In this document: piece after piece, positions 42,789 through 44,939 of the stretch
Layout of the letters: each line of letters starts with the position of its first letter
How positions within the stretch are numbered: the first letter of the stretch is position 1
Virus record (IMG/VR): IMGVR_UViG_3300045988_013489
From: a virus
Direction: 5' to 3' (one strand)
DNA length: 44,939 nt
Program-made: the position numbers and the translations under genes
The notes under the pieces: model-generated
What the model saw: the letters and a program-made list of their open reading frames with translations, nothing else
Databases searched by the model: none
What the model was told of the DNA's origin: nothing

Positions 42789-43251
42789 ATAGGGAAGATT
42801 CGTAAGCAGAAATGCTTGACATAGACATTTTTATTGCTTTCCTCCTTTCTTTAAGCAGATGCGTGTCCTTAATAGAAACAGGTTCGGGGTGGAATCTGGA
42901 GGTTGAAAAGCGGATGCAATTTCCGACACGTATCATTGCCGTTAGTGCATGGCGGCATACCTCCTTGTGAGCACATATAACTGAACAGTGGAATTCAACC
43001 CGTGCAGAGGTGTGCGACCGTATAGGCGGTGTTGACGTAGCCCGAAACGTCTCGTGTTTAGGCATAGCACGTTAAATACCTTGCTAACCCGGGAATCCGG
43101 GTTATGTGGAACCTATCGGCTATAGAACGAATATCTATAGATACAAGTTTTCCAGTTCGACTCTGGAAGCTCCACTTACCTCGCCAGTGGTCTAACTGGC
43201 TTAATCCATACCTGCGGCGGCAGGTCAATAAAAACGGCCAGGAGGATATAT
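42789..43251 (+). ncRNA. Candidate large structured RNA / leader with a tRNA-like 3' module
   Basis: About 460 nt with no credible ORF and local GC above its flanks. Perfect hairpins at 43034-43051, 43087-43102, 43120-43140, 43183-43200 and 43210-43225. T-arm-like tccag-ttcgact-ctgga (43151-43167) followed by agctccac. Confidence 0.4.
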
Positions 43252-43884
43252 ATGCAGAAACTTATTGACACATTAAAATCATTTGGAATTGAGATCCCGG
43301 AGGACAAACAGGCAGATGTGAAAAAGGCACTCTCTGAGCATTACAAGAATGCCAAAGAAGTGGCAAAAACCCTGTCAAAAGTTGAGGGAGAACGAGACAG
43401 CTGGAAAGAACGTGCCGAGACAGCAGAAGAAACCTTGAAAGGCTTTGACGGTATCGACCCGGCAAATGTTAAGACCGAGTTAGAGACTTGGAAACAGAAA
43501 GCGGCAGATGCAGAGAAAGAATTCAATGCGAAAATCTACGACCGTGATTTCTCAGATGCACTCAAAGCAGCACTCGACGATGTTAAGTTTTCCAGCGAAG
43601 CGGCAAAGAAGTCTGTTATGGCAGACATTAAAGAAGCAGGTCTTAAACTGAAAGACGGTAAAATTCTTGGATTAAATGACCTGATTGAACAGATGAAACA
43701 GTCTGATGCATCTGCTTTTGTAGATGAATCTCAGCAGCAGGCTCAGCAGAATCAGGCAAGATTTACCACTCATGTTGGACAGCAGCAGACACCTGGAAGT
43801 ATGACAAAGAAGGATATTGAAGCAATTAAAGACCCGTCTGAGAGACAGGCTGCAATTGCTCAGAATATTCAGTTATTCCAGTGA
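43252..43884 (+). CDS. Scaffolding protein (Phage_GP20-like)
   Basis: 210 aa, acidic coiled-coil, immediately upstream of the capsid gene. Contains KIYDRDFSDALKAAL...KDGKILGLNDLIEQMKQSD. Confidence 0.8.
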   Translation: MQKLIDTLKSFGIEIPEDKQADVKKALSEHYKNAKEVAKTLSKVEGERDSWKERAETAEETLKGFDGIDPANVKTELETWKQKAADAEKEFNAKIYDRDFSDALKAALDDVKFSSEAAKKSVMADIKEAGLKLKDGKILGLNDLIEQMKQSDASAFVDESQQQAQQNQARFTTHVGQQQTPGSMTKKDIEAIKDPSERQAAIAQNIQLFQ

Positions 43885-43892
43885 TTTTTTAC

Positions 43893-43961
43893 ACCGACTA
43901 TACGTTAGAGTATAGCCGCTAACCCAATACCTTAATAATTATGGGTAGAAAGGATTTTTAT
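43893..43961 (+). promoter_or_regulatory. Conserved leader motif, copy B (upstream of the major capsid gene)
   Basis: Alignable with 2631-2700. Hairpin ctatac/gttaga/gtatag, then ccgctaacc, stem ccca...tggg, RBS agaaagga and ATGGCA. Confidence 0.5.
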
Positions 43962-44939
43962 ATGGCAGCAAAAGCTAATCTTATTATGACAAATGATATC
44001 CAGGTCACAGCACGTGAGATTGATTTTGTAACCAGATTCGAAAGAAACTGGGAACACTTGCGCGAGATTCTTGGTATCATGCGTCCAATCAAAAAGACAC
44101 CCGGAGCGGTTCTTAAATCAAAATACGCAGAAGGCACATTGCAGGATGGAAATGTTAAAGAGGGTGAAGAAATCCCTTACAGCAAATTCACTGTAAAGGA
44201 AAAGCCTTATGCAGAAATGAGTATTGAGAAGTACGCAAAGGCTGTATCTATCGAAGCAATCAAGGATCACGGTTATGAGAACGCCGTTCAGATGACCGAT
44301 GATGAATTCCTTTTCCAGCTTCAGACCAATGTTACTGAAAGATTTTACGACTATCTGAAAACAGGTACCCTCACATTTACAGAAACTACTTTCCAGATGG
44401 CTTTGGCAATGGCCAAGGGTCGGGTTGAGAACAAATTCAAACAGATGCACAGAAATGTGACTGGTGTTGTTGGATTTGTCAACATTCTGGACGTATATGA
44501 ATACCTCGGAGCAGCTGAGATCACTATCCAGAATCAGTTCGGATTCCAGTACATGAAAGATTTCATGGGCTTCAACACCATCTTCCTGTTATCCGAAAAG
44601 GAAATTCCAAGAGGAACAGTTATCGCTACCCCTGTTGAGAACATCGTACTGTACTATGTTGACCCGAATGAATCTGACTTTGCAAGAGCAGGTCTTGTAT
44701 ACACCGTATCTGGTGAGACAAACCTGATCGGATTCCACACACAGGGCAACTATCACACAGCAGTATCCGAAGCATTCGCAATCATGGGACTTACCCTCTT
44801 TGCAGAGTACATTGATGCTATTGCTGTTGGAACCATCAACACAACTCAGACGCTTGGAACTCTGACTGTAAACTCCACAGCAGGAAGTAAAAGTGGAGAT
44901 ACTAAAGTGACCATCACTCCGGCAAAAGCGAGCGCAGGA
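43962..44939 (+). CDS. Major capsid protein (HK97-fold type), runs off the window end and continues at 56..82
   Basis: Open frame from ATG 43962 to the window end (326 codons), so it is absent from the ORF track. Follows the scaffold gene. Begins MAAKANLIMTNDIQVTAREIDFV.... Confidence 0.85.
   Translation, partial: MAAKANLIMTNDIQVTAREIDFVTRFERNWEHLREILGIMRPIKKTPGAVLKSKYAEGTLQDGNVKEGEEIPYSKFTVKEKPYAEMSIEKYAKAVSIEAIKDHGYENAVQMTDDEFLFQLQTNVTERFYDYLKTGTLTFTETTFQMALAMAKGRVENKFKQMHRNVTGVVGFVNILDVYEYLGAAEITIQNQFGFQYMKDFMGFNTIFLLSEKEIPRGTVIATPVENIVLYYVDPNESDFARAGLVYTVSGETNLIGFHTQGNYHTAVSEAFAIMGLTLFAEYIDAIAVGTINTTQTLGTLTVNSTAGSKSGDTKVTITPAKASAG
44885..44939. repeat. Terminal overlap copy 2, identical to 1-55
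   Basis: Exact 55-nt identity with the window start. Confidence 0.95.

Noticed and set aside
42787-43065. 92-aa minus-strand ORF as a protein-coding gene
   Set aside because: It is the only minus-strand ORF in a 24-kb plus-strand block. Its composition is rich in R, H, C, S and T, which is typical of non-coding GC-rich sequence. It has no RBS at its start, and it coincides with the hairpin-dense region.
42886-43175. Calling the region a bona fide tmRNA (ssrA) gene
   Set aside because: The 5' GGGG... segment and the T-arm plus GCTCCAC 3' end are suggestive. However, I found no plausible tag reading frame ending in a hydrophobic ..AA-stop. The conserved GGAUUCGAC-type D-loop analogue is absent. 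Only 5 of 7 acceptor pairs form. At about 290 nt it would also be short. I kept it as an unclassified structured-RNA candidate that needs ARAGORN or Infernal.
43151-43175. tRNA/tmRNA 3'-end look-alike as the attP core
   Set aside because: It lies about 25 kb from the integrase gene. Integration here would split the head-gene cluster. The sequence upstream of it does not fold into an anticodon arm. The repeats beside int are a better attP candidate.

Overview
The window is a complete, circularly closed temperate siphovirus-like phage genome. The first 55 bp are identical to the last 55 bp, and this overlap lies inside the major capsid gene, so the unique length is about 44,884 bp. AGGAGG-type ribosome-binding sites, a GH25+SH3 endolysin and low GC suggest a Gram-positive (Clostridia-like) host; that is inference only.

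Gene order:
- 1-11.9 kb: capsid C-terminus, head-tail connector genes with an embedded holin, major tail protein, chaperones, tape measure and a 1477-aa tail fiber.
- 12.1-15.1 kb: a complete diversity-generating retroelement (DGR).
- 15.4-17.0 kb: endolysin.
- 17.1-20.8 kb: lysogeny module on the minus strand (integrase, membrane OB-fold protein, CI-like repressor, switch region).
- 20.8-34.4 kb: early and replication genes (Sak4-like ATPase, DUF669, ERCC4-like nuclease, primase-helicase, candidate origin, C5-cytosine methyltransferase, YopX, DUF551 and many small ORFs).
- 34.5-39.1 kb: packaging and head genes (TerL with a TerS-like N-terminus, portal, MuF-like protein).
- 39.1-42.7 kb: an accessory block of low-complexity proteins.
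- 42.79-43.25 kb: about 460 nt of hairpin-dense non-coding leader.
- 43.25-44.9 kb: scaffold and major capsid.

The strongest finding is the DGR. The variable repeat (VR, 13033-13124) and the template repeat (TR, 13834-13925) are 92 bp each and differ at 15 positions. Every difference falls on an adenine of the TR.

Other structure not explained by the ORFs:
- the structured leader, which ends in a tRNA/tmRNA-like T-arm and acceptor module;
- a duplicated 43-nt late-promoter-like element;
- a conserved leader motif, with compensatory stem changes, upstream of both the major tail and major capsid genes;
- a candidate antisense small RNA next to the integrase gene;
- iteron clusters at a likely origin and a likely attP.

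All protein-family assignments come from motif recognition by eye. No database search was run.
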